DNA of 64,000 bases from an uncultured archaeon. Lineage in GTDB: Archaea > Asgardarchaeota > Thorarchaeia > Thorarchaeales > Thorarchaeaceae. Shown here piece after piece: positions 26,152 to 35,733 of the stretch (position 1 is the first letter of the stretch; each line of letters opens with the position of its first letter). The translations under genes and the position numbers were made by a program. The stretch lies in the NCBI GenBank assembly GCA_964631415.1, contig CAZVZC010000005.1:2018-66017 (forward strand). The letters are read 5' to 3'. Below the pieces are notes generated by a model, which had not been told where the DNA came from, did not search any database, and saw nothing but the letters and a program-made list of their open reading frames with translations.

Positions 26152-27126
26152 ATGACGATTGCCATTCACGAGAGCGCGCTGATACGTCACTTCAACACCA
26201 GGAAGGAAACGTTGCGAGCTTGGGAAGAGAAGATTGGATGCCGGTTCTCGCCCTTCAGAGGGTTCAAGATGCCTGACTCGCGCCTGTATATCGAGCATCC
26301 TGATTTCTTGGATAGCATAGTCGACCTTGTCTTGACTAATGAGCGTCACATCTTCATTCGGGGACCTGTCGGTTCGGGGAAAAGCACACTCATGCTCTTG
26401 GCCCTGAGAGACCTGCCCACCCTCATGGACCGACGAGGAAACAGGTTTGTTGCGGGCTATGTCGGAATGACGGGGCTGTATGAGAAACAAATGGCAGCTG
26501 CAATTGCAGATTCCTTGAGGGTGAAGTATAGGAGGTCATGGGAGACGAGCCAGATCATAGAAGCGATCTCTGTCGAGAGTGTGCGCAGGTACATCGAGGA
26601 GAAATGTCGCACTGCGCTCTTCATAGAGGATGTTGCAGACAACCAAGAAGCGGCCTTTCATAAGATACGGTATCTTGCCGACCTTCCTACAGAGGAGATG
26701 AAGGATAGCTATGGGACTGCATTGGATGAACCGATTGTAACACTCATTATGAGTGGCACCATGGAGTACTGGAATGCTATGCTGAACTACCTTCCTCAGA
26801 TAGCTGACAGGACCGAACCCTTGGATGTCCCGCCTTTTGATGATGCGAAAGCGAGGGAGTTCATAGCCCGTAGAGTTGCATATGCGCAAGGCAAGATTGA
26901 CACCTTTGACAAGGACAACATTGACGTCTACCCCTTTACGGACGAGGCAGTGCGATGCATCAACGAAGCGGCGAAGGGCAATCCCAGGGACATACGGATG
27001 CTGGCGCGAGGATGTGAACAGGTAGCAGCCGAGGAATTCAGGAGAACAGGTGATCCGACGGTCGCTCAAAAGATTGCGGAGCTGGTAGCCGATGCATATG
27101 CTGTGATCCTCAAGGAGGTGCACTAG
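26152..27126 (+). CDS. AAA+ ATPase (Orc1/Cdc6- or ExeA/AAA_22-like), function unknown
   Basis: Walker A IRGPVGSGKSTLM, Walker B ALFIEDVADN, sensor-like TLIMSGT and a lid-like AKGNPRDIRMLARGCEQVA. Confidence 0.65.
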   Translation: MTIAIHESALIRHFNTRKETLRAWEEKIGCRFSPFRGFKMPDSRLYIEHPDFLDSIVDLVLTNERHIFIRGPVGSGKSTLMLLALRDLPTLMDRRGNRFVAGYVGMTGLYEKQMAAAIADSLRVKYRRSWETSQIIEAISVESVRRYIEEKCRTALFIEDVADNQEAAFHKIRYLADLPTEEMKDSYGTALDEPIVTLIMSGTMEYWNAMLNYLPQIADRTEPLDVPPFDDAKAREFIARRVAYAQGKIDTFDKDNIDVYPFTDEAVRCINEAAKGNPRDIRMLARGCEQVAAEEFRRTGDPTVAQKIAELVADAYAVILKEVH

Positions 27127-27447
27127 TTGAGCGTACTTGGGAAGTACAGAAGAGAGGCGGACAGGGAAGAGGAGGAGAAACCTGAAGCGACTTCTAAGAG
27201 TCGAGAGAGTGAGAGAGGTAGTGTGGACAGAGGAAGAGAGGAAACGCCTAGACAGACAGAATCCGTACCGAACAGAGACAGAAAGAGTCCAATAGTTTCC
27301 TTCTCCATACCCACCGACTTGAGAGCTTGCCTACAAGCAATAAGGAAGAATAAGGCAATCAATCTCAGCATGTGGGTAGAAAAGCAGCTTCGGAAGGCGA
27401 TACTTGAAGAATTCCCGGGCATAGCAGAGAAGTACCTTGAATCATGA
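27127..27447 (+). CDS. Ribbon-helix-helix (CopG/Arc-like) DNA-binding protein with a highly charged N-terminal tail
   Basis: The TTG start directly abuts the stop of the AAA+ gene. The C-terminus PIVSFSIPTDLRACLQAIRKNKAINLSMWVEKQLRKAILEEF has the beta-strand/helix/helix pattern of RHH proteins. Confidence 0.55.
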   Translation: MSVLGKYRREADREEEEKPEATSKSRESERGSVDRGREETPRQTESVPNRDRKSPIVSFSIPTDLRACLQAIRKNKAINLSMWVEKQLRKAILEEFPGIAEKYLES

Positions 27448-27510
27448 GTTCGATGGGTATGGCCCCCTCAAGTTCATCGATACGCTGAGCAGTCGAACCT
27501 CGGTTTCGTT

Positions 27511-28941
27511 TCACATTGTATTGTATGTGGCACGTTCCGGATACAGACTAGTGGAATCACTGTGCATCTGGGCATATTCTACTGCTCGACTGATACACAT
27601 GATGGCCAGTGCAGGATCATCATAACAGGGAATGTGGTGTGCTTCGAGCAACTCCTTCCCCGGTCGAGCCACATCACCGGCAAGCCACACTCCAACAACA
27701 GGTTTCTTTGTCCGAGATGTCCTGACTCCCTCCAATGTCCCTTCGGCATGTTCGATTTCTGTCATTCCTGCGAATGTTGGAACGGCACAAATCACAAGTA
27801 GGACGTCTACACTTCGGTCTCGGAGTGCAGACTCTGCTGCAATCTGGTACTCCCTCCTTCCTCCAGTGGCAACCACATCGATAGGGTTCTCGACTGAGGC
27901 AAGAGGAGATAGGACTTCGTGCAGTTCCCTACGAGTACTACTATTGAGTAAGGACAATGTGAGGTTCTGATCGGAAGCAGCATCTGCTGCTAGGACACCA
28001 GCACCTCCTGTATTACTAATAATACAAATCTTACGACCTGTCGGGAGTGGTTGATAATCAAAGAACTTGCATATCTCAAGGAGCGTGTCAAGAGTGGGGG
28101 CAGTCACACAGCCCGCCTGTTGAATCATTCCAGTGAAGACCCCCGTAGATCCTGCAAGAGAGCCCGTATGTGACTTGACTGCCTTGCCGCCTTGTTCACT
28201 ACGGCCCCCTTTCAGAATCACAACAGGTTTCTTCTCGGCGGTGTTGCGTAGTGACTCGAACACTGCACGGCCATTACTGACGCCTTCCATGTACATGGCA
28301 ATAACCGATGTACTGGAATCCTCGCCTAGGTAGTCCAGAATCTCCGTGAAGTCAACATCCGCCGCATTTCCGATGCCTACAAACTTGTTGAGCCCGATGT
28401 TCTTAGTACGAGTGATATAGATGCAGACTCCACCAAGGGCTCCACTCTGAGAAACAAGAGATATACGTCCACGCTCGGGCATGACAGTGAATGTACCATT
28501 GAACAGACGGCTGTTTGACACTCCGACACAGTTGGGACCAAGAAATCTAACACCTGCATCTTTGGCCGCCTTTACAAGAGTTTCCTCTATCTGCGCTCCT
28601 TCTGTGCCGGTTTCACCGAAACCTCCAGAGAATATGACTGCGTTCCGTGCACCGGCTCTTCGGATTTCATCCATCAGTCCTGGGCAGTGTTTGGCTTCTA
28701 TAGCTACTAGCACTAGGTCGACAGGCTCTGGCAGATCCGCCAAGCTCCTGTACGCCATCATGCCTGCAACACTGCCACCGCTACGTGTCACTGGATACAC
28801 CCTGACTTTCGAAGTCAAGAGATTCATGAGAATTGAATTGCCGAGCTTTCGCGGATCTGATGATGCACCAACAAGAGCAATCTTGCGAGGATTGAAGAAA
28901 AGATCCATGACACCTGTTGGTTTACCCTCAGTGACAGTCAT
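27511..28941 (-). CDS. acdA: ADP-forming acetyl-CoA synthetase alpha-type subunit (CoA-binding / succinyl-CoA-ligase-like)
   Basis: FFNPRKIALVGASSDPRKLGNSIL, GPNCVGV and SQSGALG are typical of ACD alpha / NDP-forming acyl-CoA synthetases. Confidence 0.8.
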   Translation of the reverse strand: MTVTEGKPTGVMDLFFNPRKIALVGASSDPRKLGNSILMNLLTSKVRVYPVTRSGGSVAGMMAYRSLADLPEPVDLVLVAIEAKHCPGLMDEIRRAGARNAVIFSGGFGETGTEGAQIEETLVKAAKDAGVRFLGPNCVGVSNSRLFNGTFTVMPERGRISLVSQSGALGGVCIYITRTKNIGLNKFVGIGNAADVDFTEILDYLGEDSSTSVIAMYMEGVSNGRAVFESLRNTAEKKPVVILKGGRSEQGGKAVKSHTGSLAGSTGVFTGMIQQAGCVTAPTLDTLLEICKFFDYQPLPTGRKICIISNTGGAGVLAADAASDQNLTLSLLNSSTRRELHEVLSPLASVENPIDVVATGGRREYQIAAESALRDRSVDVLLVICAVPTFAGMTEIEHAEGTLEGVRTSRTKKPVVGVWLAGDVARPGKELLEAHHIPCYDDPALAIMCISRAVEYAQMHSDSTSLYPERATYNTM

Positions 28942-29003
28942 GTACGGTTCCAGATAGGAACTCGATTTATGTCTAACTAGAAAGGTCTGTCATACTATTA
29001 TTA

Positions 29004-30287
29004 CTAGTAATACCGACTCATTGGATCCTTTGGCATTCTCTGATAGACTCGTTTCAGTCTGTTTCGGTTTGGACGCCCTGAACGCAGGGTGATGTGTATC
29101 ATGTATCTTGCTTCGGGACTCTTCTTCACTATGTTCTCTAGAGCCGACACTGAGGTGTCCAGTATCTCTCTTGTTCTTGTGTTGCACGCTATGTCGATGA
29201 GTACAGAAACCGCAGATTCGTGATAGAAGCCGCTTAGAGCGACAACTGCGGGTGTGACTACCCGGGCATCATCCATCTTGGCTAGCTTTCCAAGTATGGC
29301 AACAGACTCCTCCGTCCTGATTACGATATGGCTGTTGATGCAGTAGACTAGCTTACGGTAGTCCTCACTCGACTCTGTGGTTTCGTAGGCTGCAATCTGA
29401 CTGTCAAGTAGTGCGTTCAGCGTGAGTACGGCATGTCTGCTGCCAAGGGACCGAAGAACCTCTTGATCTTGGTCAATGATTGATGCTAGAAGAAGATTGT
29501 ACAAGCAATTCGATGGTGTGGCATATTCTCGGGGTCCTAGTGGCCCAGAGTCATTGCACCAGTCAGACTGCGTACCGAGCATTCTCTGTATTACGGGCAA
29601 TACAGTAGCCTCGCTCAGAGGAAGTTGCTTGCCCTTGACACCCAGTTCGGCCAGAACTCTGCGTGCGATTTCTGTCGACCACAGGGATGCGATATCTATG
29701 GTGTCGCCGCATATGACAGGCTTCATTCTCTTCAGCTCAATGTCCCTCATCGTTTCGAACGCCAATTGCATGTCTGGCCTGCAATCACTGATGGCCAGTG
29801 ATTGGTCGAAGAAGAAAGATTCACTTGAGGTGATTTGTTCGACAGCAAGCTGGCAGACTCGTTCTGAGAAATGCAATGAAGCTGCAACCATCGATGCTTC
29901 CCCTCCCAGGTCGCTGAGTAGGGCTGCAGTGTCAATATTGACAGGTTCGAGTCCAGTGCACGAAAAGAGACCGAATACCATTTCTCGATACTTCAGGGGT
30001 TCGAGCCGAGTACGACAACTGCCCGGGCTGACTGGAAGCGAATAGTCCATCTCGGCCGCCCGTTTCAGGAGTTGCAGTGCGGCAGGCCAACCAAGTTCGC
30101 GTTCCGTCGCAGCAGTGATATCGAGCAGGTCTCTACTTCTTCTCTCAGCTATTGCATCAACGAACTCCTGCAGCCGTACTCGATCCTCGGCCGCTCTGGC
30201 ACGCTCGGCGCTTGCCTTGAGAATCCAGCTGTGATCATCGTGCTGTGTCAAGTCAATCACTGCATAGCCCAAGTTCGAATTCGTCAT
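29004..30287 (-). CDS. Hypothetical all-alpha protein, HEAT-like C-terminus
   Basis: Long ORF. The track start is a TTG at 30350; the ATG at 30287 gives MTNSNLGYAVIDL. I recognise no catalytic motif. The C-terminal part (VVALSGFYHESAVSVLIDIACNTRTREILDTSVSALENIVKKSPEA) looks like HEAT repeats. Confidence 0.5.
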   Translation of the reverse strand: MTNSNLGYAVIDLTQHDDHSWILKASAERARAAEDRVRLQEFVDAIAERRSRDLLDITAATERELGWPAALQLLKRAAEMDYSLPVSPGSCRTRLEPLKYREMVFGLFSCTGLEPVNIDTAALLSDLGGEASMVAASLHFSERVCQLAVEQITSSESFFFDQSLAISDCRPDMQLAFETMRDIELKRMKPVICGDTIDIASLWSTEIARRVLAELGVKGKQLPLSEATVLPVIQRMLGTQSDWCNDSGPLGPREYATPSNCLYNLLLASIIDQDQEVLRSLGSRHAVLTLNALLDSQIAAYETTESSEDYRKLVYCINSHIVIRTEESVAILGKLAKMDDARVVTPAVVALSGFYHESAVSVLIDIACNTRTREILDTSVSALENIVKKSPEARYMIHITLRSGRPNRNRLKRVYQRMPKDPMSRYY

Positions 30288-30761
30288 CGACCGTGAGTGA
30301 ATAAGACTTTGTCCTGTGCCTTTCGCAGGTCGACAAGGGCGGCTGGACAAGTGGATGATACTGTCACAAGTGTGTACACTGTCACATGAACAGTGCCATG
30401 TTGTCTTGGATCTCGAAACGAGCCATTCAGCCTGAGAAACTATGCGTTCTAGGATTAGAACTATGTATTCCTGCGTAGTTACCTATAGTGAGTGTGTCGT
30501 GCTAGTAACGACTCGTTACAGTACTCTTTCACAGGGCTCACTTGAGCGTCCGTCAGAGGAATCTCTATCTCCTCAAAACAAGCATACCTCTAAGAGCGTC
30601 CGATGTCGGCACGAGCGAGTCCGTGAGATCAGCGTCCACTGAATTCCAGTGCTGTCGCTGATGGCACGACGCACTCGAGTTTTTCCGCATGGCGAAGTCC
30701 GAAAGTGACACGAATGTATTGTGATACCTGTATTACCAGAGTGCCAGCCGCTGTTTGCCCG

Positions 30762-31451
30762 CTAGCTGCTCCAATTCGGGTCTTCTCTGATGCGAGAGAG
30801 CACTGATTTCAGAGACAGTGGAGATGATACCTCTTCCAAAGCAGACAAGACTGTTCGCTCAGCCGCTTTGTAGCTCTCAGCATCTTCGCTCGTCAGATGT
30901 CCTTTACCTGCCAGCACATCACGTACTTTTCTGTAGTCGCCGATTTTCGCGGCTATCTCTTCAAAGGGCCTGAAGACTGTGAATTCGAACAGACCCAGAT
31001 ATCCTAGGAGCAACATAGTGTATAGACACCTGGTTACATTCGTTCGTGCCTGCTGAAGAGTCCTGTTGAAAGCGCCTCGTGACACTCCAGTCGACTGATT
31101 TTGGCCCCTAGAACGGAAGGATGCCTTCTCCTCGTAAGGTATATGCGTCCCAAGGGTGTCTTCTACAACTAGGTCAATCAGGAGAGTTTCGAGCTGTGAG
31201 TCTGTGAGATTCGACCCCTTGAGCAAGACCCTGAGTATGGGCTCTTTCAATACCTGTCTTGCGCCGGATGATGCTCTTTTTGCAGCCCTTGCACCCCTGT
31301 CGGCTTCAGTCTGATCAGGATTCATGAGATTGAACTCCTTTTTTTGAAAACGGGACCAAACGGCCCCCCAAGGTCGAATTGGATGTCTACGATGTCTTTC
31401 AAGACATGCGACAATCAATCGACCAAGCGGATACAAATCCGTATACGGCAT
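30762..31451 (-). CDS. Hypothetical protein with a putative sigma-70-region-4/LuxR-like HTH
   Basis: The segment STGVSRGAFNRTLQQARTNVTRCLYTMLLLGYLG resembles an HTH recognition helix followed by a dimerisation helix. An alternative start is the ATG at 31325 (MNPDQTE). Confidence 0.4.
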   Translation of the reverse strand: MPYTDLYPLGRLIVACLERHRRHPIRPWGAVWSRFQKKEFNLMNPDQTEADRGARAAKRASSGARQVLKEPILRVLLKGSNLTDSQLETLLIDLVVEDTLGTHIPYEEKASFRSRGQNQSTGVSRGAFNRTLQQARTNVTRCLYTMLLLGYLGLFEFTVFRPFEEIAAKIGDYRKVRDVLAGKGHLTSEDAESYKAAERTVLSALEEVSSPLSLKSVLSRIREDPNWSS

Positions 31452-31487
31452 CGATAGTTGTATGCCCTTAACATAAATGCTTCTAGC

Positions 31488-32450
31488 CTACCGGCATTCT
31501 CGAACCGTTCTTTGTTGGTTGGGCAAAATCGGGCGCAAGAGTCTTTGCGCTCGTAGAAGAAGCACTATGATTACATATTGTAGGATGGTTCCTGTCGGGA
31601 TAAACTCTGAGAGGAGTCTACTCAGGAGATACTCAAGCCGGTACTGAACAGTGTCGAAGGCAGTCCGAACTTTACGCGGCTGGCACACCTTCTTCCGATC
31701 ACAATCTGACATAGGTTCTGAGTGAAAGGTGATGATGCATTGTAGCTGGGAGCTCACGACAGGGAATGCATTCTGCAGTGATATCGCTTCGACAGACTTC
31801 ATCTTCCACTGAGTGTCCACTCCGAACCTAGCGGTATCGGCACAAATCCGAGAATCAGATTCCCCCGGATCTCGTCAAACTTGAAGACGCCGAGTAGATG
31901 GTTTCCAGATGTGGTGTCCCATTCCACCCACCCTCTACTCAGGTAGTATTGGAACACATTTCTACACTGTTTTCGTACTGATGAGAAAAGCTGTCGATAG
32001 CGTCTTCGTTGCGAAGGGCGGATGCCCCACCTACTGAGAATGAAACGATTGGCAAGACCATTGCTTGAAACAAGCACTGGCTTTCTTCCCTTCGGCTGAG
32101 TTACGATGATTCTCTGAAGGGCCTCGTGAAGACACTCTGGCACCGCAGCTAGGATGGACGGAGTCGGGCTGGGATCTCTAAACAGTGAACGATTCTGCTC
32201 AGTGGACGTGGACACTTTGGATCATCAATCAGTATGATGCGCCTCTTATGAGCGCCTATATTCTCAATAGCATGACATAGGTCTTCAACAGCTGCCTAGA
32301 AGGTGGGCAGTCTTGGACATTTTCGAGTAGGGGCTTAAATAGCTCGAACCAGACGTTTCTTCGAGGCTGACTCGACACATTCCAGCCACAAGGAGTACGA
32401 CCCCAGTGCCGTTTCTGGGAATACAAAGACTCCTGTGTCTAACTTTGTCC
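31488..32450 (-). pseudogene. Degenerate coding debris (several short overlapping minus-strand frames), possible gene remnant
   Basis: Protein-like fragments occur in three different minus-strand frames (..NVWFELFKPLLENVQD.., ..LCHAIENIGAHKRRIILIDDPK.., then VSTSTEQNRSLFRD...RFILSRWGIRPSQ), interrupted by stops. No intact ORF longer than 138 aa spans about 1.2 kb. Confidence 0.25.
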
Positions 32451-32655
32451 AACTAACAATGAACGGTTTCGTCTAGACTACTTACTGCAGGTTGGACAGA
32501 GTTGGATACAGTGAACTCTGCCCAATCCATGAGCGGCTGTCGCATACCTCGCATTTGCATCGTGATACTGGTAATGTTAGTAATACAACAGAGTAGACGC
32601 GGGCTCCAATCTATCTGTATGCAGGTTTGACGCTTCATTGAGTTAATATCGACTG

Positions 32656-35061
32656 GTGTATCCTCCGGCGGTAGGGCTCCTGAACTTGAAACAAAGAGCG
32701 GACATTCATGTCGCAGGCGTCGTTCAAGGAGTAGGATTTCGGCCCTTTGTGTATCGTCTTGCCACCAGCATGGGCTTGGTCGGCTATGTACTGAACCTCG
32801 GGACTTCGGGGGTTCGGATTGTAGCAGAGGGGGAAAGAAATTGTATCGAGCATCTGGTCAGTGAGATAAAGTCACATCCGCCATCAGTTTCTAGAATCGA
32901 CTCCATCCAGATCGACTGGGCAGAACCAAGGAACGATTTTTCAGACTTTTCAATCGAGAAGTCATCAGCAGCCAGAACCGACTCTTCAGCCCTTGAGATC
33001 CCTCCCGACATCGCCACATGCAATGAATGTGTCCAAGATTTGATGAACCCGGACTCACGCTGGTATATGTATCCGTTCACATCGTGTTCTGCCTGTGGAC
33101 CTAGGTTCTCTACGATAGTAGAGCTCCCATATGACAGGCCCAATACTACTATGAGCGATTTCCCTCTTTGTACCAAATGCGGAACCGAATACTCAGAGCC
33201 TCGAAACCGTCGATATCATGCACAGACCACTGCATGCCAATCGTGCGGGCCCGCATATCGTCTGGTGAATTCACGTGGCAAGGATGAAGGAACAAGCAAC
33301 CCAATAGCTACTGCCTCAGATTTGATTGCGAGAGGAGCAATAATCGCAGTCCAGGGAATCTCTGGAACGCATCTCGTGACAAAGACTACTGATCCCGAGC
33401 CATTGCAGGAGTTGAGAAGAAGAAAAAGAAGGTCACAGAGGCCGTTTGCAATAATGGTGAGGAACCTTCGAACTCTGTCGGCTCTTTTCGCTGTTTCTGA
33501 CCAAGAAGCTGAACTTCTCTCGTCTTGGCGCAAGCCCGTGGTCTTGGTGAGAAAACCAGCAGAGCCGTCAGTTGTGAATCCGGCCTCTAGAACGACCGTA
33601 TCAGGTGTAATACCAACGGAGGTTCTCGAAGCGATCTCGCCGGGTTTAGACACAGTGGGAGTGATGTTGCCTTACTCACCTATACACCATCTTCTCTTCC
33701 ATTATCTGGACGAACCAGCACTTGTCATGACAAGCGCAAATCCAACAGGCGTGCCTATGTACATTAATCCTGATACAATCATTTCAGAACTCGGGAACGT
33801 TGCTGATGGGTTCTTGGTTCACAATAGAAGAATTCACCAGAGAGCAGATGACTCCGTGGTCAAGTTCGTCGGAAACATTCCGGTGTTCATACGGAGAGGA
33901 CGGGGGTATGTGCCGGAACCACTTGAGTTGGATGATCATTTTAGCACGACTCAGGTTGTAGCTTTAGGTCCCGAAGAGAAGACCACGGGAGCAGTCCTGA
34001 AATCTGACAAGATCTACATGACTCAACATATAGGAGACACTGACAGGACAGAAAACGTTGAGTTTCTTTGGAACGCTTTGAAACACCTCATGCAGTTAGC
34101 TGGAGTGACCAGACCTGATACGGTTGCTTGCGATCTCCACCCCGAGTTCCTAACTACAGATTTCGGCAGAGAGATAGCGACGGAATACGAAGTGCCGCTC
34201 ATCCAAGTTCAGCATCACCATGCTCATATGGCATCACTGGTTGTCGACCGTCGAGTTCCTACTGACACTTCTATTACTTGTATTACCATGGATGGGTATG
34301 GCTACGCGCCTGACCGAACAGCTTGGGGGGGTGAAGTGTTGATCGGTGGCCTCATGGCGGCAAAGAAGTATGGAGGTCTCAAGCCGCAGAAGTATATAGG
34401 AGGAAACCTGTCTGCGAGGTATGCAGTCAGAGCTCTAATGGGGATAATTGGGACTGCTCTTGACTACGGTCAGGTTGTTGAAATGATGGGTGGTGCTAGC
34501 GTCGCACCGAATGTAGCCGTCAGTAGTGAGAGCTTATCCATGCTCGCGGAAGCACAGAACAAAGGACTGAATGTTATTGTGAGCACAAGCGCTGGGAGAT
34601 ATCTCGATGCTGTGGCAGCGGCTCTAGGAGTGTGTTATGAGAATACCTATGATGGTGAGTGCCCCATGAAGCTTGAGGCAATAGCCCGAGAAACAGACTT
34701 CAGGATTAATGCGGAGTATCATACTGGACACGGTTCACTTGAGTTGGACACCACAACATCGTTAGATCAAGTATTCCAATTGAGGAAAAGGGGAGTCCCG
34801 ATTCCAGAGATTGCATATGCGGCGCAGTGGCATCTGGGAGAAGCCTTGGCAGAGATTGCATGCACGGTTTCAAAAGGCGAAGGTGTGGAAGCTATTGGCC
34901 TTTCGGGCGGAGTAGCCGTCAACCGGATCATCACAATGGCAGCGCTTACTCGCATCGCGCGAGAAAAACTCCAGCCGTTGATTCACATGAGTATTCCGCC
35001 AGGAGACGGCGGCATTTCGGTTGGTCAAGCTGCTGTAGCCGCATGGAAGTCGCTCCACTGA
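32656..35061 (+). CDS. hypF: [NiFe]-hydrogenase maturation carbamoyltransferase HypF
   Basis: 801 aa. Acylphosphatase domain (VAGVVQGVGFRPFVYRLA). Two zinc-finger motifs (CNECVQDL...FTSCSACGPRFS and CTKCGTEYSEP..RRYHAQTTACQSCGP). YrdC-like and Kae1-like C-terminal domains. Confidence 0.95.
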   Translation: MYPPAVGLLNLKQRADIHVAGVVQGVGFRPFVYRLATSMGLVGYVLNLGTSGVRIVAEGERNCIEHLVSEIKSHPPSVSRIDSIQIDWAEPRNDFSDFSIEKSSAARTDSSALEIPPDIATCNECVQDLMNPDSRWYMYPFTSCSACGPRFSTIVELPYDRPNTTMSDFPLCTKCGTEYSEPRNRRYHAQTTACQSCGPAYRLVNSRGKDEGTSNPIATASDLIARGAIIAVQGISGTHLVTKTTDPEPLQELRRRKRRSQRPFAIMVRNLRTLSALFAVSDQEAELLSSWRKPVVLVRKPAEPSVVNPASRTTVSGVIPTEVLEAISPGLDTVGVMLPYSPIHHLLFHYLDEPALVMTSANPTGVPMYINPDTIISELGNVADGFLVHNRRIHQRADDSVVKFVGNIPVFIRRGRGYVPEPLELDDHFSTTQVVALGPEEKTTGAVLKSDKIYMTQHIGDTDRTENVEFLWNALKHLMQLAGVTRPDTVACDLHPEFLTTDFGREIATEYEVPLIQVQHHHAHMASLVVDRRVPTDTSITCITMDGYGYAPDRTAWGGEVLIGGLMAAKKYGGLKPQKYIGGNLSARYAVRALMGIIGTALDYGQVVEMMGGASVAPNVAVSSESLSMLAEAQNKGLNVIVSTSAGRYLDAVAAALGVCYENTYDGECPMKLEAIARETDFRINAEYHTGHGSLELDTTTSLDQVFQLRKRGVPIPEIAYAAQWHLGEALAEIACTVSKGEGVEAIGLSGGVAVNRIITMAALTRIAREKLQPLIHMSIPPGDGGISVGQAAVAAWKSLH

Positions 35062-35102
35062 TTGCAAGAGCGAACCGTGAGAACATTCAACCGGCTCGAC
35101 TT

Positions 35103-35732
35103 CTAGTAGCTCAGCTTCTCCTTCACCATTGAGTAACCAAGGTTGAAGGCGCGGACGTTCATCTCTTCAAACTTTCCGGGAAAGCTGTCACGTGCGGATT
35201 CGAGAGCCGTATCTCTGCTGATTGGTGTCATTCCTGAAGCGATAGCTGCACCGAACAAGACCATGTTTAAGGAACCTTCAGTGCCTGCTGTCTTCGCCAA
35301 GTCTGAAGCGTCAAACTCAAGGATGTTGTCTGTGAACTTCCGTATCAAGGCAAGAACCGATTCACGCTTTGGATATTCAATCTGACCCATTGAAACAGCA
35401 ACGGGCATCTGAATATGCGAATTCAGAATGACCAGACCTTCGGGCGCAACTAAGTGGATCTCCCTTAGTGTTTCGATGGGTTCGAAACCTAGTATCAGTT
35501 GAGCACTGCCAGCGTCTACAATGGGGCCCATTGCACAAGGACCTATTCTTACAGTGCATGTAACGTGACCTCCTCTTTGAGCCATACCATGTATCTCGCC
35601 AACCCTGACATTGTGCCCATCGAACATAGCAGCTCTTGCCATCATGTCAGCGAGTGTGAGAACACCTTGGCCACCCACCCCGGTGAGCACTATGTTCATG
35701 ATGGATGCAGTATTACAATTCGTACGTTTCAT
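35103..35732 (-). CDS. iorB: Indolepyruvate:ferredoxin oxidoreductase subunit beta
   Basis: MNIVLTGVGGQGVLT...GEIHGMAQRGG. It lies directly downstream of iorA. An alternative start is the ATG at 35699. Confidence 0.85.
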   Translation of the reverse strand: MKRTNCNTASIMNIVLTGVGGQGVLTLADMMARAAMFDGHNVRVGEIHGMAQRGGHVTCTVRIGPCAMGPIVDAGSAQLILGFEPIETLREIHLVAPEGLVILNSHIQMPVAVSMGQIEYPKRESVLALIRKFTDNILEFDASDLAKTAGTEGSLNMVLFGAAIASGMTPISRDTALESARDSFPGKFEEMNVRAFNLGYSMVKEKLSY

Positions 35733-35733
35733 G

